DNA of 64,000 nt from Malacoraja senta (taxonomy: Eukaryota): contig JAXLNO010005073.1 in NCBI GenBank assembly GCA_038087875.1, forward strand, positions 310,001-374,000, read 5' to 3'. This document shows, in pieces, positions 25,396-39,133 of the stretch. The notes under the pieces were generated by a model that saw only the letters and a program-made list of their open reading frames with translations, ran no database searches and was not told the DNA's origin. The position numbers were made by a program, and so were the translations under genes. How positions within the stretch are numbered: position 1 is the stretch's first letter; each line of letters begins with the position of its first letter.

Positions 25396-26089
25396 GTAAG
25401 TGCTTTCTCTTCACCGGTCACAACCACGTTGCTTTACTTTATCATTGTCCGTGTAAACCCACACCCCATTGTCAATCTCACTTTCCTCTCCACGTCCCAC
25501 AAATCCACCCTATCCTTGCTGGAGCTCCATTTCTGAGCCTCTCCCATTAGCTCCCTCCCTCCCCTTCCCCTGCACCAACATGGTCCTTTTCAAAGTCAGA
25601 AATGGCCCCCGGTGAGTAGTGTAAAATGGTTGTCCACACCATCCTCCCCAGCATCTTCCCACCACAGTCCAGGTGGGTGGAACTGCCCTTGACTTATCGA
25701 TCCAGTCGCAGCCCGAGAACTACCCGCAATGTCTTCACTTCACGCTCCAGCACAGTTCCCTCGGGCACCCTCCGACAATCTACCATGGACCCCTCCTATT
25801 TCCTATCCTCAAGCTGCCCTTCGGTGATATCAGCTGAAGTTTCACCGTTGCTTCCACAAGTTGACTGTGGACACCAGCTCGACCTCGCTAGCACCTCCCT
25901 CGAACCCTCCATAGTCTCCACATTCCCAGACAACACGTGGGACATCCAGGACTGGATCAGCAGAATCCCCCCCCAACTGAACACTTTGAATCCCAAAGCC
26001 GTTGTCTTCAGTCCCACCACAACCCCTTTCTCCAGCCAGCAATTCCATTCCATTCAAATCCCAGAATATTTAGGGTCAGACTGGTGATT

Positions 26090-29000
26090 CTGTGGCAGCA
26101 AACCAGACTCCAGGATGGTGTGTTGCCTCCCTGGTGCCAGGGTCCAGGATGTCTCCCAGCAGGTGTGGGACATTCTCAAGGACGAAGGTGAACAGCCAGA
26201 AGGCGGTGGGCACTTTGGCACAAATGGGATGGGTAGGAAAAGGGATGAGGTCTGATAGTTTCCCTACCACTGACATGAGTCTCACTACATTAACAACTCT
26301 CCAACCCTTCCACGAACTCACCTGTGGCGAGAGAACACACACAGATCTTTATCAAGGCTCGCTGGGCTCGTCATCTCCAGATTCCTCCCGGTGCCATGTG
26401 TTAGTGAAGGTAGGAATAGGAAGAAAGGGCAGATGAATGTATGGCTCAGGACTTGGTGCAGGGGGCAGAGATTCAGATTCAGATCTTTCTGCCATTGGCA
26501 TCTCTTCTGGGGCAGGCGTCACCTCTACAAGATGGATAGTTTGTATCTGAAATGGAGGGGACCAATAGGTTTGCAGGGAGGTGCACTAGTGTTACCAAGA
26601 GGGCTAAACTGGAGAGGCAGGGGGGGTGATGGGAAGGTGGAGATGAAGATAAGTAAGTCTTAAAAGAAGGACAGACAGAGGGAGGTGAAGTTATATAGTG
26701 AAACTAATGGATGGAGGTATGTTCATTCCAATGCTAGGAGTATTGTGGGCAAAGTAGATGAACTTAGAGCCCAGATCGCTGTTGGGGACTATGATGTTGT
26801 GGTCATTGTGGAAATATGGTTGTGACAGGGACATGACAAGCAGCTCAATGTTCCGTGTTTCTATGGAAAAAAGATGGGGGAATTGCTCTATTAATCAGGG
26901 AAACTATCTTGTTGGCATTCAGAGTGGGGACTCTGGATGGTTTGTCCATTGAGGTGATATGGGTAGAGCCATGTGAAAATAAGAAAGGTGCAAGCAATTC
27001 AACGGAATTGTATGAGAGGTCCCCCAAGAGTGAGCAGGAAATAGAGGAACAGATGTGGACACAGATTACTGAAAGATTACACAAATGGATGTCTTGGGGG
27101 GTGACTAATGGTATATTCAATAGGATGTTTTGTAACAGTTGTGAATAGTGCAACGTGAGAAAGGAATCCAAAATGGACCTTGTGTTGGGAAATGAGTCTG
27201 GCCAAGTGACTGATGTTTTAGTGAAAGAGTATTTTGGAGACAGTGAATACAACTCCATAAGTTTTAAGATTGGTTTGAATAGGGATAAGTCTGGACTGTG
27301 CGACAAGACATTAACTTGAGTAAGGCAAATTACACCATTATTAGGCAGGAGCTTGTTAAGGTACACTCAGAGCAGTTGTTATTAAGTTACTCCAAGTCTG
27401 AGATTGAGAATTGTCTGAAGGTCAGTTTATTCAAACTCAATACCGGCAAGTTCCAGTAAGGAGGAGAGATAAGACTGGCAAAGTAAGGGAACCTGAGATG
27501 ACCAAATACATTTGTAAATTTGGTCAAAAATAGAAAGGAAACACATGCAAGGTTCAAGAATATGATAGCAGAGAGGGCCATTGAGGAATATAAAGCAAGG
27601 AGGAAAGAACTCAAGCGGGCGATTAGAAGGGAGAAAATAGGCCACAAAATAGCTGTGGCGATTTGGAGTAAAGAAAGTTCCAAGGCTTCTTATACTTACA
27701 TTAAAATCAAGACGGTAGACAAGGAGAAGGTAAACAAGGATAAATGAAGGAAACTGAAACTGGAGTTAGGGGATGTAGGTGTGGTGTCAGATAACTCCAG
27801 GGATGAGAGGAGCAAGGGCAAAAGAAAAAAAATGAAATAAAATAAAATATGTCAGTAAAAAGGTGGGGTGGATTGTTTGGGGATTTGTTGCCTGAAAGTC
27901 AGGAATTCAATGTTCATACCATTAAGTTGTCAGATACCCAAGAGAAATATGAAGTGAAATTTCTTCAGTTTGCATGTGGCCTCACTGGCAATGGAGGAGG
28001 CCAAGGACAGAAAGATCAGTTTGGGAATAGGAGTTTAAATGGTTTATTTGTTTAGAGATAGAATTCAGCGAATTAAAGAACTGTGAATCACATGACAACA
28101 GTAGGAAACAATTGGAAAGGATTCTTTGGGATAGAATTGACTCCCATTTGGAACAAAATAGATGAGGGGATTAAAGACAGTAGGCATGACTTTTACGTGG
28201 CATTGTCTACAGTGATTTTAGTAAGGCACTTGACAAAGTTCCCCATGATAGACTGATGCTGAAGATTAATAAGCATGGGATTAACATTGAATTGTTTGTC
28301 AGGATTCAGAATGGGCAGACTAGAAAACAGAGGAAAAGGCAATATTCAGGCAGGAAATCTGTGACCAGTGGAGTTCTCTATGGATCTCTGCCAGGACCAC
28401 TGTCGGTCATGATTTATACAATTAATTTAAATGTAGATGGGTTGGTTAGTACATTTGCAGATGGGAACAAAATTGCTGCACTATGAACAACGCTGTCAAA
28501 TTATCAAAGTATGTTGTAAAGTAATGAATGGGATATAGACCAGCTACAGAAATGGGTGTACAAATGACAGATCAAGTTTAATCCAAGCATCTGTGAGGTG
28601 TTGCACTTTGGGAGGTTGAATATAAGGGGAAGATATACAATTAACAGCAAGGCCCTTAACAGCATTGATGTACAGAGGGACCTTGGGATCCAAGTCCAGA
28701 ACTCTGTGAAAATGGTAATACAGGTAGATAGAGTGACAAAGAAAGCAGATGGCGTGCCTTTGGTTGGATCATTGGGTATAAGAGTCAGGAAGTCAGGATG
28801 TGATGCAGCTTTGTAGGACTCTGGTTAGGCCGGATTTCAAGCATTACATGCAGTTCTGGATGCCCCAAAAAGATGCAGAGGTTTTGGAGACAGGGCTGAG
28901 AAGGTTTACAAGAATGATGCCTGTGTTACTGGATATTAGCTACAGGGAGAGGTTGAATACTTGGATTGTTTTCTCTGGAATGTTTGACATTGAAGTGAGG

Positions 29001-29360
29001 CTTGATAGAATTCTACCAAATTATGAGCGGCAAGGTCAATGTAGACAGTCAGAATCTTTTCCCCAGGATGGAAATATCAAATACAAGAGGGCATGGGGGC
29101 TTTTAGGTGAGAGGGGAAAAGTGTGAAGGAGATGTGAAGGACAAGTATTTTACAGTGGTGAGTGACTGGAACATGCTGCTGGTGGTGATGGAGGTAGATG
29201 TGTGAATGGGATTTAAGAGACTTTTGGATAGGCACATGGACATGCAGGGAATGGAGAGATATGGATTATGTGTAGGCAGATAAGACTTGGTCGTGGCATT
29301 ATGCTCGACATAGACCTTGTGGGCCGAGGGGCTTGTTCCTGTTCTGAACTGTTCTATGTT
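26090..29360 (+). mobile_element. Old, degenerate near-full-length CR1 in intron of the Ig gene
   Basis: ORF1 esterase-like CCLPGARVQDVS near 26110; endonuclease start SNARSIVGKVDEL near 26725; decayed RT and CR1 tail. Confidence 0.8.
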
Positions 29361-29765
29361 GTAAATCACTGTGGAATGAGGAGCAGGCAGGGAGGCAGGA
29401 GCATGTTTATTCTGTTCCAGGTCTGTCCGACAAGGGCCGGGGATGCGGTGTGTACAGGATCGGCCTGATCTCCACCCACATCAGGAAACCCCGTCACAGA
29501 GAACACCGGCTGGAGACCCGACACAAACGCCCTTCCACCTCCGTCTTTCTCCCACTCACTCTTCTCATGTCATGAAGTATCGCTGGATCAGGCCAGGTTA
29601 TTCCAGCCAGCCATCTATTCACAAACTGTGTCCGTCTCACTGGAGGTTCTGTGGGAGATTACAACATTCTGGAAATAAATGAAATTCAAAATTAATAATT
29701 ACAGACATGGAGTGGAGGAAATGTGCTTAAAATGTTAATTCCTACATTTTTCCTATTTCCAACAG

Positions 29766-30107
29766 AAATCAGAAATCAGATTTATTTCTTGGATAATGGA
29801 GGCGACATTGTGTTAAAAGGACCGGACAATCCTGGGAGTAAAACTGTTGTCTGGGAATGGGAACCACACTCAGGGCCTGGAAAACAGACAGTGGTAACTC
29901 TCCGCGTCGCGGACAAGGGCACGTGGAGCAGACAGTGGGGCAATGGCTGGGGAAACATAGACAAGAACCAGGAGGTGGATGTGGATCTCCGTACTGGTAA
30001 TCTGGCAATAAAAACACCCAGATTTAAATGGTCAGGATTGTTCACTTTGACCGAAACACAGCCGAGGAACCAGATCCTGAAACAATATGAAATATATGGG
30101 ATCAAAG
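29766..30107 (+). CDS. Ig domain D1, V-like without canonical cysteines
   Basis: 342 nt, phase 1-1; IVLKGP...WEW...GNLAIK...SGLFTL. Confidence 0.85.
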
Positions 30108-31663
30108 GTGAGTGGGCAAGACACGGATCAACAATATGTTTCTCTGTAAATAATGTCACGTGTAATGATGAAATATGGCGGGAATTGTGAGACTTCTTCC
30201 ACCCGATGAATCTCCCAATGAAACAATTGGGGGAAAGATTTTTCTTCATTTATTCTGTGGGCCTGGGGTGAGATTGTCGAGTGACACTGCTGCTCAATGT
30301 TACCCAGTGAACCAGGTCCATGCCTCACTTGGTTGAGATCCCAGAGGAAGTCCTTCATCTGTGGAACTTACACTGGTGGGAGAGTTCCCACCTTGAGGGC
30401 GGTCGGGGGAGACATGACAGGGACAAATGGACAAACGTATCAATCCAGTTACATCTAAACGTTGTTTGCATTCACTGGTCAGAGTGTTGCCGGTTGCACC
30501 AGCAGTGTCACGGTGAACAGCCGGCATTTACCTGTGTGAATATGAACAGCTTCAGGCCTTCCACCCATGCGTTTCACAACGAGGAATTCCACAACTTGCT
30601 GACAGTTCTTGCGGTGAATCTGCCAGCGCTCCCCTTCACTTCTCCACGTGGAGCCCAGGACTGGAGCAGGAATATGCTGATATTCCGCGATACTGACACT
30701 GGGAAAACTGCTCCCAGATCCGGTGCCTGCAGGGGTGGAGACTCTTCAGGAATCAAAACTAATTGTTATTGTAGAATTAGACTCTTTCATGATAAAACAA
30801 ATGAAATATTCAATATTAATAAATGTGTTTACTTCTAAAAGTTGGTGCCACTCAGAACCATTCCAACAGCTTGGGAGCTTTAGCAGAGGATGAACAAGGC
30901 CTTTGCCTCCTGTAGATAATTATCCACAGGTGTAAAGGGATTGGGATTTGTTCATTGTTCTAACGTTTGCCGAGATACAGTGAATGAGGTTGGATCCAAC
31001 TACTTTGATCTTCATGTTTTCCCCAGGGAAATCTCCATTGAAGAATATTCTATGCTGCAGGAGTACGTGCTGAGGGACACACTGAAGATCAGTGCAGACA
31101 AAGCAAAGGCATTGTGGAATAGAACTACAGTCCATGGACCTTCTGCCACCAGTCCCCGCCGAGCTAAATCTAATGTACAAACCTCTGAAACACTTGAATT
31201 GGTATAATCTCAGGATGCAGCATGAGTGTCAAGAGTGTTATGTACACAACATGTGTGAACACTGCCAAAGTGAGGAACAATAACACTATGTCTGTGTAGT
31301 CTGTACAATATCAAATTCAGATTTAGATTCATATTAGTTCATTGTCATATACATTTGGGTAAAACACATTCATTGTTCAGATAAAGTAAATTATAATAAA
31401 AGGTACATTAAAAAATGCAACAAAAGCAAAACAGCAGAATGGTGCAGAGATTGCAGTGCAGTCTGAAGTAATGCAACATAAAACTAACGTTTATGAAAAT
31501 GCCCCAGGGGATGATGAGTGTTTGTGGCTCTGGGCTTGGACTAGCTCGAGTTTAGAAGAATGAGGGGCGGGTCTAGGTTTTCAGTTGAGGTGAGATTGAG
31601 GCCAGTCATTGGAATTGTACAAACCACTACTCACTCTGAATCTCATTGATCTGTTTTTCACAG

Positions 31664-31930
31664 TTGAGGCAAGTCCACAGAGGCCTCTGCTGGGCAGTGA
31701 CGTCACACTCAGCTGCACCATCTCCAGACTCTCAGATACAGTCAGTCTTCACTGGAGACCCATGGACTCATCCCAGCAGAACAGGAACAACACTGATCAG
31801 ATCCGCCTGGATAACACGGTCTATCTGATGGTTCAACACGTTACAGTGGAGGATGGGAAGTATGTGTGTGATGTGCAGGAAAACGGAAACATTGTTCACA
31901 CAAGTAATGGAGATTTTACTGTGGACAACG
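31664..31930 (+). CDS. Ig domain D2, C2-type
   Basis: 267 nt; DVTLSCTIS...LHW...DGKYVC. Confidence 0.9.
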
Positions 31931-32981
31931 GTGAGTGTAAACACCTCCCATTGGATATCAAGTAGACACTTGTATCACGGTGCTTCTTGTAATATTATGT
32001 GTGTGCCCTGTGAAGAACTGTGGCAGTGACCAACTGCTCTCCAGTATAAAATGCTGCAATGATCAGGGAGAAGTTTACAGAAAGTCTCTCTGTGGACCAG
32101 CTGCCTGCTTGTCTCTGTGTGACAGACACAAAGCACAGGAGGGGGATGTCTTTCTGTAACCATTGTTCAGTCAAGTATTTGGTCAGTTTATCTTGCCATC
32201 AATGCTCCAGTATCTGAGACTGAGATACTGATACAGGACTCACGTCAAAGTGTCAGATAGAAAGTGTAGTCACCATGACAACCACCAGCACTTGCTGCTC
32301 ACACTCACACTGGGGGTCCCGGCCCACACATTAGCACTGAACAACAATCCATCCCCTCTCCCCTCACTGACCCTTCTCTCCGAGTCTGGTGTTGCTTGAA
32401 GTGATTCCAGCTGCTGCAGACTCGGGCTTCGGATCAGCATTCAGCTGGGAGCAGGACCCGGGAACAGGGAAGGACAGGGAATCAATGGGTGTGAATGGGA
32501 GAGGGATGGCGGGAATAATGGGAATGAAGGGACGGGAAGACCCGACCCACTTGAAGTGCCAACCTGTCCGGGTCAGTCCCCGCCCAGGCATCCTCTGGGC
32601 TGCTTCTGTCCGCAGCCTGAACCTGCACCACCTCCTGCAGACAGACTGACAGAGACATTCACCTCCCAGACCGCTCTCGGGAGTCTCCGGGAGGTTTCAT
32701 TCCATCCCGGGAGATTCCCGGACAGTCCGGGTGTGGGGGCGAACCTAATGTTGAAATGTAGAGTGGAATATCCAAACTTAACTGCAATTTACTGCCGTAC
32801 AGGACATTGTATTTTATAAAGATCTGATGAGTTTAGTGCGGCATTCATGAAAGATGTTACATTTGAAACTTGATCAGCTGAACAAAACACCACGAATGTG
32901 TATAAGAATACGGTTGAGAATCTCTGTATGGCACGATAACTGTAATACTGAAAGGAGTTATCCTCTGTCTCTCTGATACAG

Positions 32982-33318
32982 ATTTATATTATGGGAGATA
33001 CACACTTTACCGCTCCAGCACAGATCACAGTGAACTTCACCTGGTTTGTTCTGTGAGTGGTAGGTATTCCCGTGCTCAGTGGACCTGGACACCTCATCGC
33101 CTTCAACAGCAGAAAGTAATAGCATCTGCAGACCGTTCTCAACCCAACAATGTCAATGGGACCGACTTCAGGAATCGACTGGTGACCTCAGGGAAACCCT
33201 TCGATGGCAAGGATTTCAGTGTGAGGATTGTCCCCGTTGTGTTTAAAGATGCCGGAATTTACACCTTTTTTTCTGGAATCAAATCGATTTCCCACCATTT
33301 ATCTCATCACAGTGAAAG
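32982..33318 (+). pseudogene. Ig domain D3, V-type, +1 frameshift
   Basis: 337 nt (3n+1); T7 run at 33266-33272 replaces the F-strand Cys (paralog D7 has DAGVYTC). Confidence 0.85.
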
Positions 33319-33396
33319 GTAGGAGACAGAATGTTGCCACTGAGTTTACTGATGAACTTATTGTTTAAAATGTAAACAACCTGCTTGTTTCCACAG

Positions 33397-33657
33397 TCAC
33401 AGCTGAACCGTCTGATGCAGTGACTGAGGGAGATACCGTTACCCTGACCTGCTCTGTGTCTCACGTCATTGAGTCAATGAGACTGGTTTGGATCAATGGC
33501 GATGGCAAAAGTGTTGGAGAAAAGACACTGACTGTGGAAGAAAAATCACTGAGTCTGGTTATTCAGAAAGCTGAGAGAGGCAGAGGGAACTGGAGATGTG
33601 GTTTGTTTCATCAAGACCTGCCCCGGCTTGTTGTCCCGTACTATCAGGAGCCCCGTA
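33397..33657 (+). CDS. Ig domain D4, C2-type with WxC
   Basis: 261 nt; VTLTCSVS...LVWIN...GNWRC. Confidence 0.9.
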
Positions 33658-34662
33658 GTAAGTGATAAGGGTTTGTTCTTCATATTTAGAGTCATGATTG
33701 AGTTTTGATGTCGCTTATTGATCCTGAAATTTGAGTGGAATATTTTCTTCCAGTTTGAGTGGTCTAACTCTGTTATGAATACCGAATTGTCAAATTTCAA
33801 ATAACACTTCCCGAACCCCACTTCTCCCCCTTCATTGTGCACGCATTTATCCCACCACCCAGTTATCCTATTCTCTTCCCTTCCTCTTTCAACTCATCTC
33901 CCACCCCTTCCAATTGCAGAGTTTTCCTTTTATGTTCTTGCTCCACTTCCACCCATATCCCTCCCTCTGTTACTGATCTGACTGTAGATCAGTCAGTATT
34001 AGTTGACCTGATCTATGTCATGTTTTACTGCATGCCGCTGTGTACTCAAACAGTCATCATATTATCTAGTCTGTTAGTCCAGCCTCTAGTTAGATTCGTT
34101 GCTGAGCTTCAACTTACAACACCTAAGTATTTGAGCTCTGTGTGTTTACTATAACAAACAGCTTCTTCTTATGTATGGATCCTGTTATTACACATGTTTA
34201 TACTGACAACCTTTTGTCTCCATTTCACCCCTCCATTTTGTCATTATCTCCATCCACCTACTCATCACCATTCCCCACCTGTATTCACCTATCACTCACC
34301 ATGCTTTGTCTCATGCCTACTTCCCTTCCCCAGTTGTCACTCTCCATTCCATCAGTCTGAGAATGCATCCTGACATGAAACGTCATCAATCCATTCCCTC
34401 CACAGATGCTGCCTGACCCATTGAGTTTCTCCAACACTTTGCGTTTGGTCAACATTCCACAATCTGCAGTTTCTTGTGTCTCCATGGAGACCCACTGGTC
34501 AGCGTGGACAGATTGCTGCAGAGGGCCTGTTTCCATGCTGTTCCATGATGATGAATTATAACGTACAACTTAGTAAAGATTAATTCTCTGCAATATTGCT
34601 AATGACAAGGTCAGTGAAAAATTATTTTCCGACATTTACACATTTGTTCTCTTTTCCTACAG

Positions 34663-35007
34663 GAAGTGGACATTATATTTACTTTTTCCATCAGGAACGC
34701 AACTTTGTATTGAAAGGACCAGACAGTCCTGGAAATGGCCCCATTGACTTGGAATGGAGGGCACACTCAGCGGGACAAACCACAAAGCGTTTGGCCACTT
34801 TCCGCAGAGAAGATCAGCAGTGGGCCGTACAATGGAGTGATGAGTACAATCGAATACCAGGCATCTCCCATAGGATGCATGCGGACTGGGGTACCCTTGA
34901 TCTGAGGATCAGGATGTCCACATTCAAACTTGCAGGACTGTTCACCTGGACTCAAACAGAGCCCGCTGGGAAAATCCTGAGACAGTGGGAACTATTTGGG
35001 ATCAAAG
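34663..35007 (+). CDS. Ig domain D5, Cys-less V-like, paralog of D1
   Basis: 345 nt; FVLKGPD...LEW...AGLFTW...FGIK. Confidence 0.85.
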
Positions 35008-35416
35008 GTAATAGAGTCATAGTGTCACACAGCACTGAATCAGGCCCTTTGGCCCAATTCATCCATACTGACCAACTACCCTTCTAAACATCCCATTTGC
35101 CCTCATTTCGCCCATATCGCTTCAACCTTTTTTCCATCTACCTGTTTAAATGCCCGTTAAATGCTGTACCTGCATCAAACACTTCCTCTGCTCGATCTTT
35201 CCATAAAGTATGTTCATGTACCACACTCTTTGTCAAAACTGCCCCTAATATTAAGGGGTATATCAAATCTGCCCCTCTCACCTTAACCATGTACTATCTA
35301 GTTTTTGATTCCCCAACCCTGGACAAAAGACCATGTGCGTTTACTATAGATATGCCTCTCATGATTTTATTCACTCCCATATAATCTCTGTTAAAGACAT
35401 CCAAGAAATATAATCA

Positions 35417-35450
35417 GTCTGAAGAAGGGTCTCAACCTGAAACGTCACCT
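35417..35450 (+). ncRNA. Minimal type I hammerhead-like motif (Penelope-derived repeat)
   Basis: CTGAAGA-A-GGGT-CTCA-ACCT-GAAAC-GTC; intact core and GUC triplet, short stem I. Confidence 0.55.
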
Positions 35451-35807
35451 ATCTATGTTCTCTAGAGTTCAAAGGTCTTTTTTGTCACGTGTACCAATTA
35501 AGGGGCAGTGATATTCATATTACCAGACCTGCTGAATTACTCCTGCACTTTATGTCCTTTTAAATATTAACCAGCATCTGCAGTTCTGTGTTTCTACAAT
35601 ACTAAAAACATCCCTACCTGGAAGTGTTGATGTGGGAGACGAGGGGGCGAGGGGGACAGGTGGTCACTACCAGGAAGTGTTGATGACATCACTGAGCACG
35701 GCAGCTCAACATTCAGCCGACTGTCTGTCTGCAGGAAAAAGACAATTCTGCCCACAGTAGTTCAGAAATCTGTTGGTGAACTGAATCACATGTGTCTGTT
35801 TCCACAG

Positions 35808-36079
35808 TTGAGGCAGACTCACCGAGGCCAGTGATGGGCAGTGACATCACCCTCAGCTGTACCATCTCAAGACTCCCAGATACCATCAGTCTTCACTGGA
35901 AACCAAGAGGCTCATCTCAGCAGAACAGGGGGAACAACACTGATCAGATCCGTCTGAATAACGCCGTCTTCTGATGATCCAACACATTGGAGCAGAAAAT
36001 CCCAATCTGTACACATGGGAAGTGTAGGAAAATGGCTCCATTGTTCTCACTGGAGACACCAATGTTGAAGTGGATCAGG
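35808..36079 (+). pseudogene. Ig domain D6, C2-type, paralog of D2, disrupted
   Basis: 272 nt (3n-1); 1-nt deletion near 35969, TAG at 36025-36027, F-strand Cys to Trp. Confidence 0.88.
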
Positions 36080-36399
36080 GTGAGTCCAAAGCTGCTTTGC
36101 TGCAGGTATTAAATAGTTCTTGATATCAAACTGTTCCACATGTTGCATAGTGAGCACTGACTCCACCCGTGGGCTTCCACACTGCAGGATGTGGACATTG
36201 CCTTTACCCTGGGACATGGTGTAAATATAAAATGGTGGCACTAAGATTGATGGAGCCACACAGGAGAACCAAGGGATTCATTTCAGTTCACCTGCATGAA
36301 TCAAAGCGAATAATATCCAGTGATGGAAATAACATCTAGTTTTCAGTGTATAACAGAACAGGAAAATATGAACTAATTCAAGTATAAATGCAGAGGAAA

Positions 36400-37070
36400 T
36401 ATCAGAATCAGAATCAGAATCACATTTTATTGGCCACGTAATCATACACAAGGAATTTGACAGTGCTTTGCTCGCATGTGGTAAAAACACGATATACAGC
36501 AGACAATTAAAAATAAAACATTATAATTTAAACATGTGAAAATAAGGTACCGGAGTAAAAAGAGGCTACAGACTTTTGGCTGTTGAGTAGAGCTACGGCT
36601 CGTGCGAAGAAGTTGTTTTTATGTCTGGCTGTGGCAGCTTTGACAGTCCGGACTCACCTGCCAGAGGGAAGTGATTCAAAGAGTTTGTGGCCAGGGTGAG
36701 AGGGGTCAGAGATGATCTTACCCGCTCGCTTCCTGGCCCTTGCAGTGTACAGTTCATCAATGGAGGGAAGGTTGCAGCCAATAACCTTCTCTGCTGATCG
36801 GACGATTCGCTGCAGCCTCCAGGTATCGTGCTTGGTGGCTGAGCCAAACCAGACCATGATGGAGAAGGTGAGGACAGACTCTATGATGGTAGTGTAAAAC
36901 TGGACCATCATTGCCTGTGGCAGGTTGTGTTTCCTCAGCTGCCGCAGGAAGTACATCCTCTTGGGACTTTTTGACTGTGGAGTCAATGGTGGCCTCCCAT
37001 TTAAGGTCGCTGGAGATGATGATTCCGAAGAAATTAAATGACTCCACAGTTGTGACTGTGGTGTTGTTGA
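36400..37070 (-). mobile_element. Rex1/Babar-like LINE 3' fragment
   Basis: ORF 36654-36986 (RMYFLRQLRK...IESVLTFSIMVW...SHPGHKLFESLPSGR) and (TCTGAT)n tail. Confidence 0.8.
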
Positions 37071-37199
37071 AGATGAGTGGGGGGAGGGGAGGGGGAACTC
37101 TACAATCAGGAGGGGAGGATTGAGTCTACAACCAATTCCACTGTCTTAAGAGCACAGAACTTCAGGTTGTTGCGATGTCAACAGGACACCAGCTTTATG

Positions 37200-37615
37200 A
37201 TTAGGGTGACTTGGACATCGTGCTGAAGTAAGCATGCAGGTACAGCAGGCAATGGAGAAAGCAAATGGCATGTTGGCCTTCATAGCGAGATGATTTGTGT
37301 ATAGGAGCAAAGAGATCCTACTGCAGTTGTACGGGGCCCTGGTGAGACCACACCTGGAGTATTGTGTGCAGTTTTGGTCTCCTAGTTTGAGAAAGGACAT
37401 TCTTTCTATCGAGGGAGTGCAGCATAGGTTCACCAGGTTAATTCCTGGAATGGCGGACTGACATATGATGAAAGAATCGATCGACTGTGTTTATATTCAC
37501 TGACATTTAGGATGAGAGGGGATCTTATAGTAACGTATAAAATTATTAAGGGATTGGGCAGGCTAGATGCAGGAACAATGTTCCCCATGTTGGGCGAGTC
37601 CAGAACCAGGAGTCC
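37200..37615 (+). mobile_element. CR1 LINE fragment
   Basis: gtgagaccacacctggagtattgtgtgcagttttggtct motif. Confidence 0.85.
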
Positions 37616-37720
37616 CAGCTGACATCCCAGAGCCGGGGGTTTGTCCCTGTGGAAACTCACAACATTGTATCTCGGCGTGTATGGAAATCTAATTCTTTGT
37701 TCCCTGTCCCTCTCTTGCAG

Positions 37721-38059
37721 GTTTACATAACAAGACGTACACAGTTTATCGCTCAGTCACAGATCACAGTGAACTCGACCTGATTTGTGAAGCTTCTCCT
37801 GAGCTCAGTGAAACCAAATGGACTTGGAGATCACCACGTTTCCCGAATCAAGAGAAGGAAATAGCTTCTTCTCACAGGTCTGAGCCGATACATGTCCACA
37901 GGAGCTACTTTGGGAATCGACTGGAAACCACAGAGGGAAATGTGAATGGCAAGAATTTCCATGTGAGGATTGTCCCCGTGCAGTTTGCAGATGCCGGAGT
38001 TTACACTTGTTCCACAGGATCAAATATATATGTGACCATTGACCTAATCACAGTTACAG
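37721..38059 (+). CDS. Ig domain D7, intact V-type
   Basis: 339 nt; LDLICEAS...KWTW...RIVPVQFADAGVYTC. Confidence 0.9.
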
Positions 38060-38863
38060 GTAGGAGACTGGATGTTACTACTTTCAAGAATTAAGTTACT
38101 GGTGTAGAGTTTCTAATCTGAGTACAGACTGCAATGTCAGCAGAAATTCCCAAGTTTGAAGAATTATTTTACCTCCAGAGCTTCCTCAACTTATTTGTAT
38201 TTTGCTGAACCCCAAATCTGCCCTAAACCAACATTATTGGAAAGCACATCAAATGTTATTTTCATTTATTTTGCTGAAAACACATTGTTTTATACATAAG
38301 AGAGGGAATATGATGAAATGTGATTCACATACGTGCAAATGAGCTTCTATCGAAAATATTTAAAAATCATTCAACTTCTCTTAACACATTCCCCAAGTTT
38401 CTTTGACCCCAAATGACCCATCCTAATTTTTGAAGGCTCACTGGAGGCTTAAAACTGAGTGTATTTTGTGGAATTTATCGATTAATATTGACCTGGATGA
38501 GTGTTGTGGCCAACACTGTGGCCAGAGACAATGATGTGGGCATTGGTTGCTCTTTGTATAATTAGTTCAAAACTGTTGTGAATGATTATGGAAAAGACAC
38601 TTGGAGAGGTACATGGATGGGAAAGGTGCAGAGGGATATGTGCCAAATGTGGGAACATATTTTAGATGGAGCATCTTGGGCGGAATGGATGAGTTGGGCT
38701 GAATGGACTAAATTGTTTCATGCTGTATGACTATGCCTCTAACTCTTGTTGTGCAATATAATTTTCCACACTTCGAACGCCAGATACTGGTGTCAAATTA
38801 CTGAGAAAAACACAACACAATCCAGACAAAATTCATTGTTTTACGATTTTCTTCTTTCCACAG

Positions 38864-39133
38864 TCACAACTGAACCATCTGGCGCAGTGACTGAGGGGGG
38901 AAACGTTACCCTGACCTGCTCTGTGTCTCATGTCACTGAGTCAATGAGACTGGTTTGGATCAATGATGAAGGCAAAGTTGTAGAGGAGAAAAATCTCATG
39001 CAAACAAAGCAGGAGAACAATTCTTTGCAGCTGATTATTGCAATAGCTGATGGAGTAAGAAGGAAATGGACATGTGGTTTGTTTCATCAAAGCACAGCCA
39101 AGGTTTCCATTCCATATAATCTGCAGGTGAACA
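38864..39133 (+). CDS. Ig domain D8, C2-type with WxC
   Basis: 270 nt; VTLTCSVS...LVWIN...RKWTC. Confidence 0.9.

Noticed and set aside
24880-31110. Short inverted similarity between about 24880-24950 and 31020-31110 (LQCVPQHV)
   Set aside because: Short and diverged; most likely an old interspersed repeat
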